A DNA stretch of 64,000 bases from Parcubacteria bacterium GBS-2 (GCA_001443025.1 LEKP01000001.1:161889-225888), one strand, 5' to 3'. Shown: positions 24,958 through 32,336, numbered from the stretch's first letter. Program-made: numbers and translations. Notes: generated by a model from the sequence alone, not told the origin.

Positions 24958-25821
24958 TTGAAAGAAATGGAGGGTTGGAGAGAAATTTTAAAGGGTAAAA
25001 CCAAGGAAGAAGCAAGGAACTTCCTGATGGAAGAGCGAAAGAGATTTCGACTATCAAATGAAGACATAGAAAATATTCTGAGAAGTCTCGAAGAACAACC
25101 TGCAACGCAGGAAAAAGAAGACATAGAAAATATTCTGAGAAGTCCCGAGGAACAACCTGTCGAATTTCAGGGACCTCCTGGAGAAAGAGGCCCAGAAGGA
25201 TCCCAAGGTCCTCCAGGTTCCCAAGGACCCCAAGGCCCGCCTGGACCTGGAGGAAGGGTTCCTCGGTGGATAGGAGCAATTTGCATTACAGCGGTTCTCA
25301 TTGCAATTATTGCGTTAGCCGTTGCTTTGGTGTACCACCCTGTATCCACTGATTTTCAACAATCCTTGGAGGTTCAGAATTCGCGACTTCAGGGACTACA
25401 GAGACTCATTGAAACTCAAGAGAAAATTATTGCTGATTTACAAACACAGATTGCCCAGCTAAAAAACAACCTTACATTATTACAACAGAAACTTGAGAAA
25501 CCTAATGAGGATCATGTACAAGAGGAAATACGAAAATTGCAGGAGCAGCCTAGCAAATTACAAGAAGAGTTGAATAGAATCGTAAACACTGATTTCGAAA
25601 GCGTAAACAGGTACATCAGGAAAACTCCGCTAGGATGGGACCCTAGGCAAATGGCCCAGGACCTCGAGGAGAAGTTCTGGGTCGAGACGAAGATAGTGAC
25701 AAGAGAGAATGTGCAGTATCTCTTCCTGCGTTTCAAGTGCCACTGCACAATAACACAGGAATGGTGGTGGGTGACCTATAAAGGGTTACTTCCTACCAGC
25801 GAAGCACCAGTTCAACCATAG
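24958..25821 (+). CDS. Collagen-like (GXY)9 / TM / coiled-coil protein
   Basis: GPPGERGPEGSQGPPGSQGPQGPPGPGG (about 25171-25254), TM helix WIGAICITAVLIAIIALAVALVY, then heptad-rich LQGLQRLIETQEKIIADLQTQIAQLKNNLTLLQQKLEK. The start was moved from the track TTG 24883 to 24958 because the promoter and SD lie inside the track ORF. Confidence 0.6.
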   Translation: MKEMEGWREILKGKTKEEARNFLMEERKRFRLSNEDIENILRSLEEQPATQEKEDIENILRSPEEQPVEFQGPPGERGPEGSQGPPGSQGPQGPPGPGGRVPRWIGAICITAVLIAIIALAVALVYHPVSTDFQQSLEVQNSRLQGLQRLIETQEKIIADLQTQIAQLKNNLTLLQQKLEKPNEDHVQEEIRKLQEQPSKLQEELNRIVNTDFESVNRYIRKTPLGWDPRQMAQDLEEKFWVETKIVTRENVQYLFLRFKCHCTITQEWWWVTYKGLLPTSEAPVQP

Positions 25822-25920
25822 GTTCTTTAAACAGCACCTTCAAGAAAAAAAATTCCCCCCATCTTTTTTCTCTTTTTTTTTCTAGCCCTTGAGGGAACTT
25901 GAGGGTTGGAAGAAAAAGAG

Positions 25921-25949
25921 TTGACAAACAGATTTAAAAGTGTTAAAAT
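25921..25949 (+). promoter_or_regulatory. Promoter of the Cys-rich repeat gene (leaderless geometry)
   Basis: TTGACA, 17 nt, TAAAAT (25944-25949), then 8 nt to ATG 25958. Confidence 0.6.
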
Positions 25950-25957
25950 TTTTTATC

Positions 25958-26698
25958 ATGAAGAATAATATAAAAGTTTTGATAATTCTTCTGATTTCCA
26001 TCTTTTGGGGACTACTTTTGATTTTCCATTTTCAAAAAACAGTTTCAGCTGCTACTTGCGGAAACGGAGTTTGCGAATCAGGAGAAACTTGTTCAAATTG
26101 CAGTATAGATTGTGGAAGTTGTGGTCCTACTTGTGGAAATGGGATTTGTGAATCAGGAGAAACTTGTAGTAATTGTTCTATAGATTGTGGTTCTTGCGGA
26201 CCAACTTGCGGAAACGGAGTTTGCGAATCAGGAGAAACTTGTTCAAATTGCAGTATAGATTGTGGAAGTTGTGGTCCTACTTGTGGAAATGGGATTTGTG
26301 AATCAGGAGAAGTAAACATATGCTGCAGTGATTGTCCTCCAACATGTGGAAACGGAGTTTGCGAATCAAATTGCGGAGAAAGTGCTTCAAATTGCTGTTT
26401 AGATTGTTATGTAGAACATTATCAAAAGAAATGCTATGACAACGATGTTTATTGGTACGATTGTAATGGTCAAAGAAAAGATAAATACCAAGAGTGTGGA
26501 ACTTCTGGTTGGACAGATGAATATCGATGTGCGGGAAATTGGGTTCAAAGAAAGTATATAAACAGAGGTTGTTCAAATGCACAATGTTATGCAACGGAAG
26601 AATGGAAGGATTATCAGTATTGCTCAAATTACTGCCTAAATGGAAAATGTGTTTTTCCTCCAACAGTGATAACTAAAGGAGCGGTGGTGACATATTAA
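25958..26698 (+). CDS. Secreted Cys-rich repeat protein (TCGNGxCESGETCSNCSIDCGSCGP x4-5) ending in VITKGAVVTY
   Basis: Signal/TM peptide MKNNIKVLIILLISIFWGLLLIF, 25-aa Cys repeats, a Cys/aromatic-rich domain and the conserved C-terminal decapeptide. Confidence 0.7.
   Translation: MKNNIKVLIILLISIFWGLLLIFHFQKTVSAATCGNGVCESGETCSNCSIDCGSCGPTCGNGICESGETCSNCSIDCGSCGPTCGNGVCESGETCSNCSIDCGSCGPTCGNGICESGEVNICCSDCPPTCGNGVCESNCGESASNCCLDCYVEHYQKKCYDNDVYWYDCNGQRKDKYQECGTSGWTDEYRCAGNWVQRKYINRGCSNAQCYATEEWKDYQYCSNYCLNGKCVFPPTVITKGAVVTY
26054..26311 (+). repeat. 150-bp-period tandem duplication inside the Cys-rich gene
   Basis: 26054-26161 is identical to 26204-26311 (108 nt, checked by hand). The units are 75-bp A and B modules. 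Confidence 0.85.
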
Positions 26699-26749
26699 AG
26701 GTCGAAGAAGTAATAAACAAAAAGCAATAAAACAACGAGCAATAAAAAT

Positions 26750-27415
26750 ATGAAAATTAGAAATTTAGCCTTATTAACCCTGGTGGCTACTGTTTTAGCA
26801 ATGACAACGCCAATTCAAAATGTTTTGGCAGTTAGCGCTACCTTATACGGAGAGGTGACTGATGATGGAGGAGACCCAAATCTATATGTGTGGTTCCAGT
26901 ACGGAAAGACGACTCTTTATGGTTATGAGACACCAAAACAAACCAAATATGGAACGGGAGAGTTTTCAGCAACTATTACTGGTTTGGAAATGTGTACTAC
27001 CTATCATTATCGAGCAGTTGTTAAACATGTAAATTACGACGATACTAAGTACGGAGAAGACAAATCATTTACTACTGAATGTCCAGTATCGGTTGATCTC
27101 AAGGCTAATGGTTATGATGGCCCGATTACCGTATCTTATAAAAACAGAACGATCACTTTTTCTTGGACTTCGCAGTACGCCGATACTTGCACTGCTGAAA
27201 CAATTAATAAACCTTCAAACAGTAGCGTTAATTGGTCAGGAACGAAATCCACATCTGGAAATGAATCAGTGACTTTAGATAAAGCTGGTTCCTATACTTT
27301 CAAGTTGACTTGTAAAAATAACACAAGCAATAACACAAAATACGATACTGTTCAAGTAACAGTTGAACAACCGACTTTAGGTGTGATCACAAAGGGCGCG
27401 GTTGTTACTTACTGA
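26750..27415 (+). CDS. Secreted two-domain (FN3-like 'YG.T' + Ig-like) protein ending in VITKGAVVTY
   Basis: Signal peptide, then LYGEVTDDGGDPNLYVWFQYGKTTLYGYETP...CTTYHYRAVV, a second beta domain and the C-terminal decapeptide. Confidence 0.65.
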   Translation: MKIRNLALLTLVATVLAMTTPIQNVLAVSATLYGEVTDDGGDPNLYVWFQYGKTTLYGYETPKQTKYGTGEFSATITGLEMCTTYHYRAVVKHVNYDDTKYGEDKSFTTECPVSVDLKANGYDGPITVSYKNRTITFSWTSQYADTCTAETINKPSNSSVNWSGTKSTSGNESVTLDKAGSYTFKLTCKNNTSNNTKYDTVQVTVEQPTLGVITKGAVVTY

Positions 27416-27447
27416 TTGAAAAAAAAGGGGGGCAATGTTACCTTCCC

Positions 27448-27476
27448 TTGACAATTTTTTTTATTTTTGATAAAAT
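27448..27476 (+). promoter_or_regulatory. Promoter (leaderless geometry)
   Basis: TTGACA, 17 nt, TAAAAT (27471-27476), then 8 nt to ATG 27485. Confidence 0.6.
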
Positions 27477-27484
27477 AAAAATAT

Positions 27485-28111
27485 ATGAAAACAAAAGCTA
27501 AAAAAATTATATTTTATTTAATAATGACTGCCTCAATGATTACTATTGGGGCAGGAGCGCTCGCACAAACTTGTCCTGAAAAAACAACTGTTAATGGCCC
27601 AACTAGCATTACTTTTGTTGGAGGAATTACTGATTTGGGAGGGGACACTCAGGCATATGTTTGGTTTGAATATGGAACTTCTTCTGGAAATTATACATTT
27701 AAAACGGAGAAAAAAATCGTAACTCAACTTGGAAAATATTGCATCACAGTTAATAATTTACAACCTTGCACAACCTATTACTATCGTGCTGCAATGGAAA
27801 ATAAAGCAGGTCCAAGTTATGGCGCAGAGTTGACGAAAACTACTCCTTGTACTGGACAAACTACTTCTTCTGGTCAGGTTTTAGGCATTGCTACTGCTCA
27901 ACCTACTGGATTAATAAAAACCATTTTCTCTGATTTTTTGCTTTTTCCCTTATTGATTGCTTCATTTTTACTTTTCGTTTTTAAATCTCACATTTTAAAA
28001 TGGGAAGAGTGGTTAGATGAGAGAAAGAAAGAGTATCAAAAATTCAAAAGCGAAAAACTTTTGAGGCTAAAAGTTTCCCAAATAAAGCTCAAGGAAAAGT
28101 TAAAAATTTAA
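27485..28111 (+). CDS. Surface protein: FN3-like domain + xPTG motif + TM + conserved KSHILKWEEWLD cytoplasmic tail
   Basis: Signal peptide, YVWFEYGTSSGNYTF...CTTYYYRAAM, QVLGIATAQPTGL, a hydrophobic helix and a basic helical tail. Confidence 0.65.
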   Translation: MKTKAKKIIFYLIMTASMITIGAGALAQTCPEKTTVNGPTSITFVGGITDLGGDTQAYVWFEYGTSSGNYTFKTEKKIVTQLGKYCITVNNLQPCTTYYYRAAMENKAGPSYGAELTKTTPCTGQTTSSGQVLGIATAQPTGLIKTIFSDFLLFPLLIASFLLFVFKSHILKWEEWLDERKKEYQKFKSEKLLRLKVSQIKLKEKLKI

Positions 28112-28114
28112 TTT

Positions 28115-29377
28115 ATGAAGTTTTCCAGTAAAAAATTATTCTTTGAAAATTTACTTGCGCTTTTAATTTTATTCAATTTTGCCTCTTTTTCTTTTGCAGC
28201 CAGCGCCATTTTATATGGAGAAGTCACCGACGATGGAGGAGACCCGTATCTTTATGTTTGGTTTCAATACGGAGAAACTACTGCTTATGGTTTTGAAACT
28301 CTCCGTCAGCCAAAATACGGTTTTGGAGAATTTACTGCTACTGTGTCTGGTTTAAAAGATTGTACTACTTACCATTATCGGGCAGTAGTCAAGCATCAAA
28401 ATTATGATGACACAAAATATGGAGAGGATAAAATTTTTACCACGCCTTGTCCCTCGATTACTTATCCTGCCCCAACGGTTGATTTGAAAGTGAATGGATA
28501 TGATGGTTCGGTAACTATTCCATATAATTCCTCTGCGATCTTATCTTGGACATCAAACAATGCCAATTATTGCGTAGCTTCCGGAGCTTGGTCTGGGGCA
28601 AAAGAAACTTCTGGCTCTGAATCAACCGGAAAATTAACATCAGGACCTAGAACTTATACTTTAACTTGCTATGGTCTGGGAGGTTCTGCCTCAGATAGCG
28701 TAACAATTTATCTTCAGCAAGTTTTGGGAGCTGTTGCACCCACTCTTCAAAAAAAAGTGAGAAATCTTTCCGATGGTCAAACTCAATTTTTTGATTCAGT
28801 TTATGCTGACCCCTCAGAAGTTTTAGAATTTCAAATTGTAATCCATGCTGGATCTGGAGTTCAGAATTTGATCGTGAAAGACATATTACCTGAAAAAATT
28901 ACTTTAAGACCAAATTCTTTAAAAATCGACGGGATTTCAACATCTGGAGACATTGTTTCTGGCATTTCTTTGGGAAATTTGTCTCCAAATCAAACAAAAA
29001 CAATTACTTTTTTGGCTGATATTGCCCCAGCAAACCAATTTTCTTTTGGTCAAACAAATTTAACAAACACTGCAACGATTTATTGGAATGGCAATTCACT
29101 TTCAGATACAACCACGATAATTGTTAAAAAAACAGCAGTAGCAGGAGTAGCTACTGGAATCTCAACTGGATTTGACCATTCCTTCTTTAAATATCTTTTT
29201 CCTACATCGATTTTTGGTCTAGTCTTAGTTTGGCTTTTCAGATCTCACATTATAAAATGGGAAGAGTGGTTAGATGGAATGAAAGAAAAATATCAGAAAT
29301 TTAGAGCGGAAAAACTTTTAAAAATGAAAATTGTTAAAGCGAGAACAGAGAAATTTTTGAAGGAAATATTATTTTGA
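28115..29377 (+). CDS. Surface protein: FN3-like + Ig-like + DUF11-like repeat + xSTG motif + TM + KWEEWLD tail
   Basis: The N-terminal roughly 110 aa look about 80% identical by eye to the 26750 protein. DUF11-like segment LEFQIVIHAGSGVQNLIVKDILP...TKTITFLADIA. C-terminal anchor GVATGISTGF-TM-RSHIIKWEEWLD. Confidence 0.65.
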   Translation: MKFSSKKLFFENLLALLILFNFASFSFAASAILYGEVTDDGGDPYLYVWFQYGETTAYGFETLRQPKYGFGEFTATVSGLKDCTTYHYRAVVKHQNYDDTKYGEDKIFTTPCPSITYPAPTVDLKVNGYDGSVTIPYNSSAILSWTSNNANYCVASGAWSGAKETSGSESTGKLTSGPRTYTLTCYGLGGSASDSVTIYLQQVLGAVAPTLQKKVRNLSDGQTQFFDSVYADPSEVLEFQIVIHAGSGVQNLIVKDILPEKITLRPNSLKIDGISTSGDIVSGISLGNLSPNQTKTITFLADIAPANQFSFGQTNLTNTATIYWNGNSLSDTTTIIVKKTAVAGVATGISTGFDHSFFKYLFPTSIFGLVLVWLFRSHIIKWEEWLDGMKEKYQKFRAEKLLKMKIVKARTEKFLKEILF

Positions 29378-29420
29378 AACGAAACCTAAAAATCAATTTT
29401 CCCGCAAGCGAATTTTTAAT

Positions 29421-29449
29421 TTGATTTTTTTAATAAAATTACTTATAAA
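29421..29449 (+). promoter_or_regulatory. Promoter of tRNA-Val
   Basis: TTGATT (29421-29426), 17 nt, TATAAA (29444-29449), then 7 nt to G29457, the first tRNA nucleotide. Confidence 0.5.
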
Positions 29450-29456
29450 TTAAAAA

Positions 29457-29529
29457 GGGCGCGTAGCTCAGCTGGCAGAGCGCTTCACTCACATTGAAGA
29501 GGTCGGAGGTTCAAGTCCTCCCGCGCCCA
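29457..29529 (+). tRNA. tRNA-Val(CAC)
   Basis: Acceptor GGGCGCG/CGCGCCC, D arm GCTC-AGCTGGCA-GAGC, anticodon arm CTTCA-CTCACAT-TGAAG, T arm GGAGG-TTCAAGT-CCTCC, discriminator A. Confidence 0.9.
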
Positions 29530-29559
29530 CATTTTTTATTCTGTGATAAACTAAAATTG

Positions 29560-30330
29560 ATGGATTTGGTTTTTTTAAAAATTGGTGGCTCATTAATTAC
29601 TAAAAGAAAGACCTATACTCTAAATCTAAAAAAAATCAGAGAAATTTCTAGAGAAATTCTCAGGCTAAGAAAAAAATACAAGTTTAAACTTTTAATTGGT
29701 AACGGAGCAGGATCTTTTGCTCATGTTTCGGCAAAAAAATTTAAAACTAAAGAAGGTTACATAAATAAAAAGAGTAAAATTGGTCATTGCATCGTTCAAG
29801 ACGATGCTTCAACTTTAAATAGAATTTTAGTTAAAGAATTAATAAGAGCGGGAGAAAGGGCAATTTCTGTTCAACCTTCGGCTTTTATTTTTTGCTCAAA
29901 AAAGAAGATTAAATCACTTTTCTTAGATCCAATTAAAAACTATTTAAAAAACGATTTAGTTCCAGTTGTCTTTGGCGATGTCATTTCAGATGAAAAATTA
30001 GGATGCACAATTCTATCCACAGAAGAAATTTTTAAACTTTTGGCAAAATTTTTAAAACCAAAAAAGATAATTTTAATGAGTAATGTTGAAGGGGTATATG
30101 ATTCAGGAGGGAAAGTGATTCCAGAGATAAACAGAGAAAATTTTTCAAAAATCCAAAAATTTTTAAAGGGCGCAGATAAAATCGATGTTACAGGAGGAAT
30201 GGCTCAAAAAGTGAAAGAGGCAATGGAAATAGCAAAAGAAGGAATTGAAGTTTTTATAATCGGTGGCAAAAAAAGGAATTTAGAAAAATGTCTAAAGGGT
30301 GAGAAAATCGGAACCAAAGTTTTCTTTTAA
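29560..30330 (+). CDS. Isopentenyl phosphate kinase (amino-acid-kinase fold, archaeal type)
   Basis: FLKIGGSLITKRK, GNGAGSFAH, VPVVFGDVISD, ILSTEEI and DVTGGM parallel the characterised archaeal IPK motifs. The track start at 29494 overlaps tRNA-Val, so ATG 29560 is used. Confidence 0.75.
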   Translation: MDLVFLKIGGSLITKRKTYTLNLKKIREISREILRLRKKYKFKLLIGNGAGSFAHVSAKKFKTKEGYINKKSKIGHCIVQDDASTLNRILVKELIRAGERAISVQPSAFIFCSKKKIKSLFLDPIKNYLKNDLVPVVFGDVISDEKLGCTILSTEEIFKLLAKFLKPKKIILMSNVEGVYDSGGKVIPEINRENFSKIQKFLKGADKIDVTGGMAQKVKEAMEIAKEGIEVFIIGGKKRNLEKCLKGEKIGTKVFF

Positions 30331-30331
30331 A

Positions 30332-30814
30332 ATGAAAATTTACACCTTGGGAACTTCAAACAGATCTTTAGAAGAATTTTTGGAAATATTGAAAGAATAC
30401 AAAATCACAGTTATCATCGATGTCAGACATTGGCCAACTTCAAGGTTATTTCCTCATTTCAAAAAGGAAAATTTGCAAAAATTTTTACAAGAAAATGGGA
30501 TAGAATACTATCACTTAGAAAAACTTGGTGGTTATAGAGAAGGAGGCTATGAAAACTACATGAAAACAAGAGACTTTGAGGAAGGTTTAAACGAATTAAT
30601 AAGAATTTCACAATTTCACAATTGTGAAAAAGTGAAAAACATAGCTATAATTTGCGCAGAAAAATTTCCCTGGAAATGCCATCGAGCTTTTATCTCTCAA
30701 GAATTGGAAAAGAGAAATTTCAAAGTTATTCACATCATTGAAAAAGGTCGAATTTGGGAGCCAAAAAAAGAACCAAGAGAAATTAAGCCAACTTGTCAAA
30801 AGAAAATTAAATGA
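30332..30814 (+). CDS. DUF488 family protein
   Basis: MKIYTLGTSNRSLEEFLEILKEY...IIDVRHWPTSR...YHLEKLGGYR...ICAEKFPWKCHR. Confidence 0.75.
   Translation: MKIYTLGTSNRSLEEFLEILKEYKITVIIDVRHWPTSRLFPHFKKENLQKFLQENGIEYYHLEKLGGYREGGYENYMKTRDFEEGLNELIRISQFHNCEKVKNIAIICAEKFPWKCHRAFISQELEKRNFKVIHIIEKGRIWEPKKEPREIKPTCQKKIK
30604..30637. repeat. 34-nt palindromic motif (copy 2), inside the DUF488 coding sequence
   Basis: AATTTCACAATTTCACAATTGTGAAAAAGTGAAA encodes ...SQFHNCEKVK.... Confidence 0.8.
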
Positions 30815-31455
30815 ACCTATTTTTGATTTCAGTTATTAGCTATATCTTGGGTTCAATTCCCTTTAGTTACTTGGTCGCCAGAGCTTATGGAAAAAACCTC
30901 TATCAAGTAGGTTCTAGAAACATCGGGACCGCAAATGTTTGGAGGGCAACTGGGAAAATTGAAGCAACACTCATGGCTTTAATTGGCGATTTAGGGAAAG
31001 GAATTTTGGCAGTATTTTTGGCTCAAAAATTTTTCCCAGGTCAAATCTTGCCTCAAACATTGGCTGCTTTTTTTGCGGTAGCGGGGCACAATTGGCCAGT
31101 TTTTTTGAAATTTAAAGGAGGAAGAGGATTGGCAACCTGTGCTGGAATCTTACTCTATTTGAACTGGAAAGCGCTATTTTTGATTCTTTTAGTGATTGGT
31201 TTTTGTATCTTTTTAACAGAGCTTTTAATGAAAAAGAGATTGAAATTAGAAGGAAATTTAAGACAAAAAATCAAAGGACTCTTTACCATTTTTATTTCTC
31301 AGGTTTTAGGAAGGGTAATCGGAATAGTGACTGGTGCCGTTTTAGTTTTTTTTCTCTATCCGACTACCTTTAAAATAATTTTTCCAACTGGGATTTTAGT
31401 AGCAATCAAGCACATAAAAAGAACAAAAACATTTCTAGAAGGAAAGGTAGTATGA
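30811..31455 (+). CDS. plsY: Glycerol-3-phosphate acyltransferase PlsY
   Basis: ILGSIPFSYLVAR...GSRNIGTANVWRATG...GHNWPVFLKFKGGRGLAT. Confidence 0.85.
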   Translation: MNLFLISVISYILGSIPFSYLVARAYGKNLYQVGSRNIGTANVWRATGKIEATLMALIGDLGKGILAVFLAQKFFPGQILPQTLAAFFAVAGHNWPVFLKFKGGRGLATCAGILLYLNWKALFLILLVIGFCIFLTELLMKKRLKLEGNLRQKIKGLFTIFISQVLGRVIGIVTGAVLVFFLYPTTFKIIFPTGILVAIKHIKRTKTFLEGKVV

Positions 31456-31652
31456 GATACAAGTTCATAATGAAACCTCCTCTAAAGAGGGAGTTGGAAA
31501 AAGAAATTTCGGAGTTGAAAAAAAAGAGAATGAGGTTGATTTTGAATTAACAGAAAAAGAAGAAAATTCTCAAAAATCTGCAAAAAATTAACAAAAAAAT
31601 GCGATTGGGAATGGTTTTGAAAAAATCGTTGTTTGTGGAGAGATGGATTTTT

Positions 31653-32336
31653 TTATTTTAGAGATTGAATTTTTAAATGATAAGCAACAATAGAAAAAGC
31701 CACTGCCACATTCAAAGACTCCTTTTTTCCAAACATGGGAATTTTTAAAACAAAATCTACCTTCTTTAAAGTTCTTTTATCAATTCCTCTCTTTTCGTTT
31801 CCGACTAAGATTGCCAAAGGAAATTTTGGTTTGAACTTGAAGTAGGGGAGAGCAGATTTTTCAGTTTCTAAAGCAACAATTTTTACTTCCTCTTTCTTTA
31901 ACTTTTCTATTATCTTTCCAACGTTTCTTTTGTATTCCCATTTTACGGTCTTTTCTGCTCCCAAGGCAGTTTTTTTAATTCTTTCAGGATTTCTTTCTGG
32001 AGTGGGCGTATAACCAGTTAAATAAATTTTTTCAATCGCTACTGCATCGCAGGTTCTAAAAATTGCTCCAACATTATAACAGCTCCTAATGTTATGCAAA
32101 ATTGCAAAAATTTTTTTCATAATTTCTCTCTTGACATATTTTTTTGATTTGCTAAATTGGAATTGGGCAGGGGTGGAGAAAATGACTTCTTCATTCCCCT
32201 TGCACCTTCCAAATTTCCGATAAGTTTCTTGATACACCATTTCGATTTCCAAGGAATTTCGCCGGTCCAATGGTAACTCCTTCAATTTCTCAAAGCTTTT
32301 TTCCATCACATCTTCAGGCTGTTTGAGCAATTTCAT
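31653..32336 (-). CDS. SpoU/TrmH-family RNA 2'-O-methyltransferase with N-terminal extension
   Basis: NVGAIFRTCDAVAIEKIYL...AILVGNEKRGI...LKIPMFGKKESLNVAVAFSIVAY. Confidence 0.8.
   Translation of the reverse strand: MKLLKQPEDVMEKSFEKLKELPLDRRNSLEIEMVYQETYRKFGRCKGNEEVIFSTPAQFQFSKSKKYVKREIMKKIFAILHNIRSCYNVGAIFRTCDAVAIEKIYLTGYTPTPERNPERIKKTALGAEKTVKWEYKRNVGKIIEKLKKEEVKIVALETEKSALPYFKFKPKFPLAILVGNEKRGIDKRTLKKVDFVLKIPMFGKKESLNVAVAFSIVAYHLKIQSLK

Noticed and set aside
25167-25349. Minus-strand ORFs rich in Pro/Gly/Trp (25167..25349 and 24938..25279) opposite the collagen-like tract.
   Set aside because: They are the mirror image of GXY-coding DNA. The plus-strand frame has a promoter, an SD, a TM helix and a coiled coil.
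26054-26400. CRISPR-like regular repeats.
   Set aside because: The 75/150-bp periodicity is in-frame coding sequence for Cys-rich protein modules. There are no unique spacers and no cas genes. No other array-like structure was found in the window.
29494-29559. 5' extension of the IPK ORF (track start 29494).
   Set aside because: It would be translated through the 3' half of tRNA-Val. The ATG at 29560 has the usual -10 box 7 nt upstream and gives the canonical IPK N-terminus.
31452-31550. 32-codon ORF (MRYKFIMKPPLKRELEKEISELKKKRMRLILN) whose ATG overlaps the plsY stop (ATGA).
   Set aside because: The coupling geometry is suggestive. However, the peptide is short and low-complexity and has no recognisable family, so the evidence is not sufficient to call a gene.
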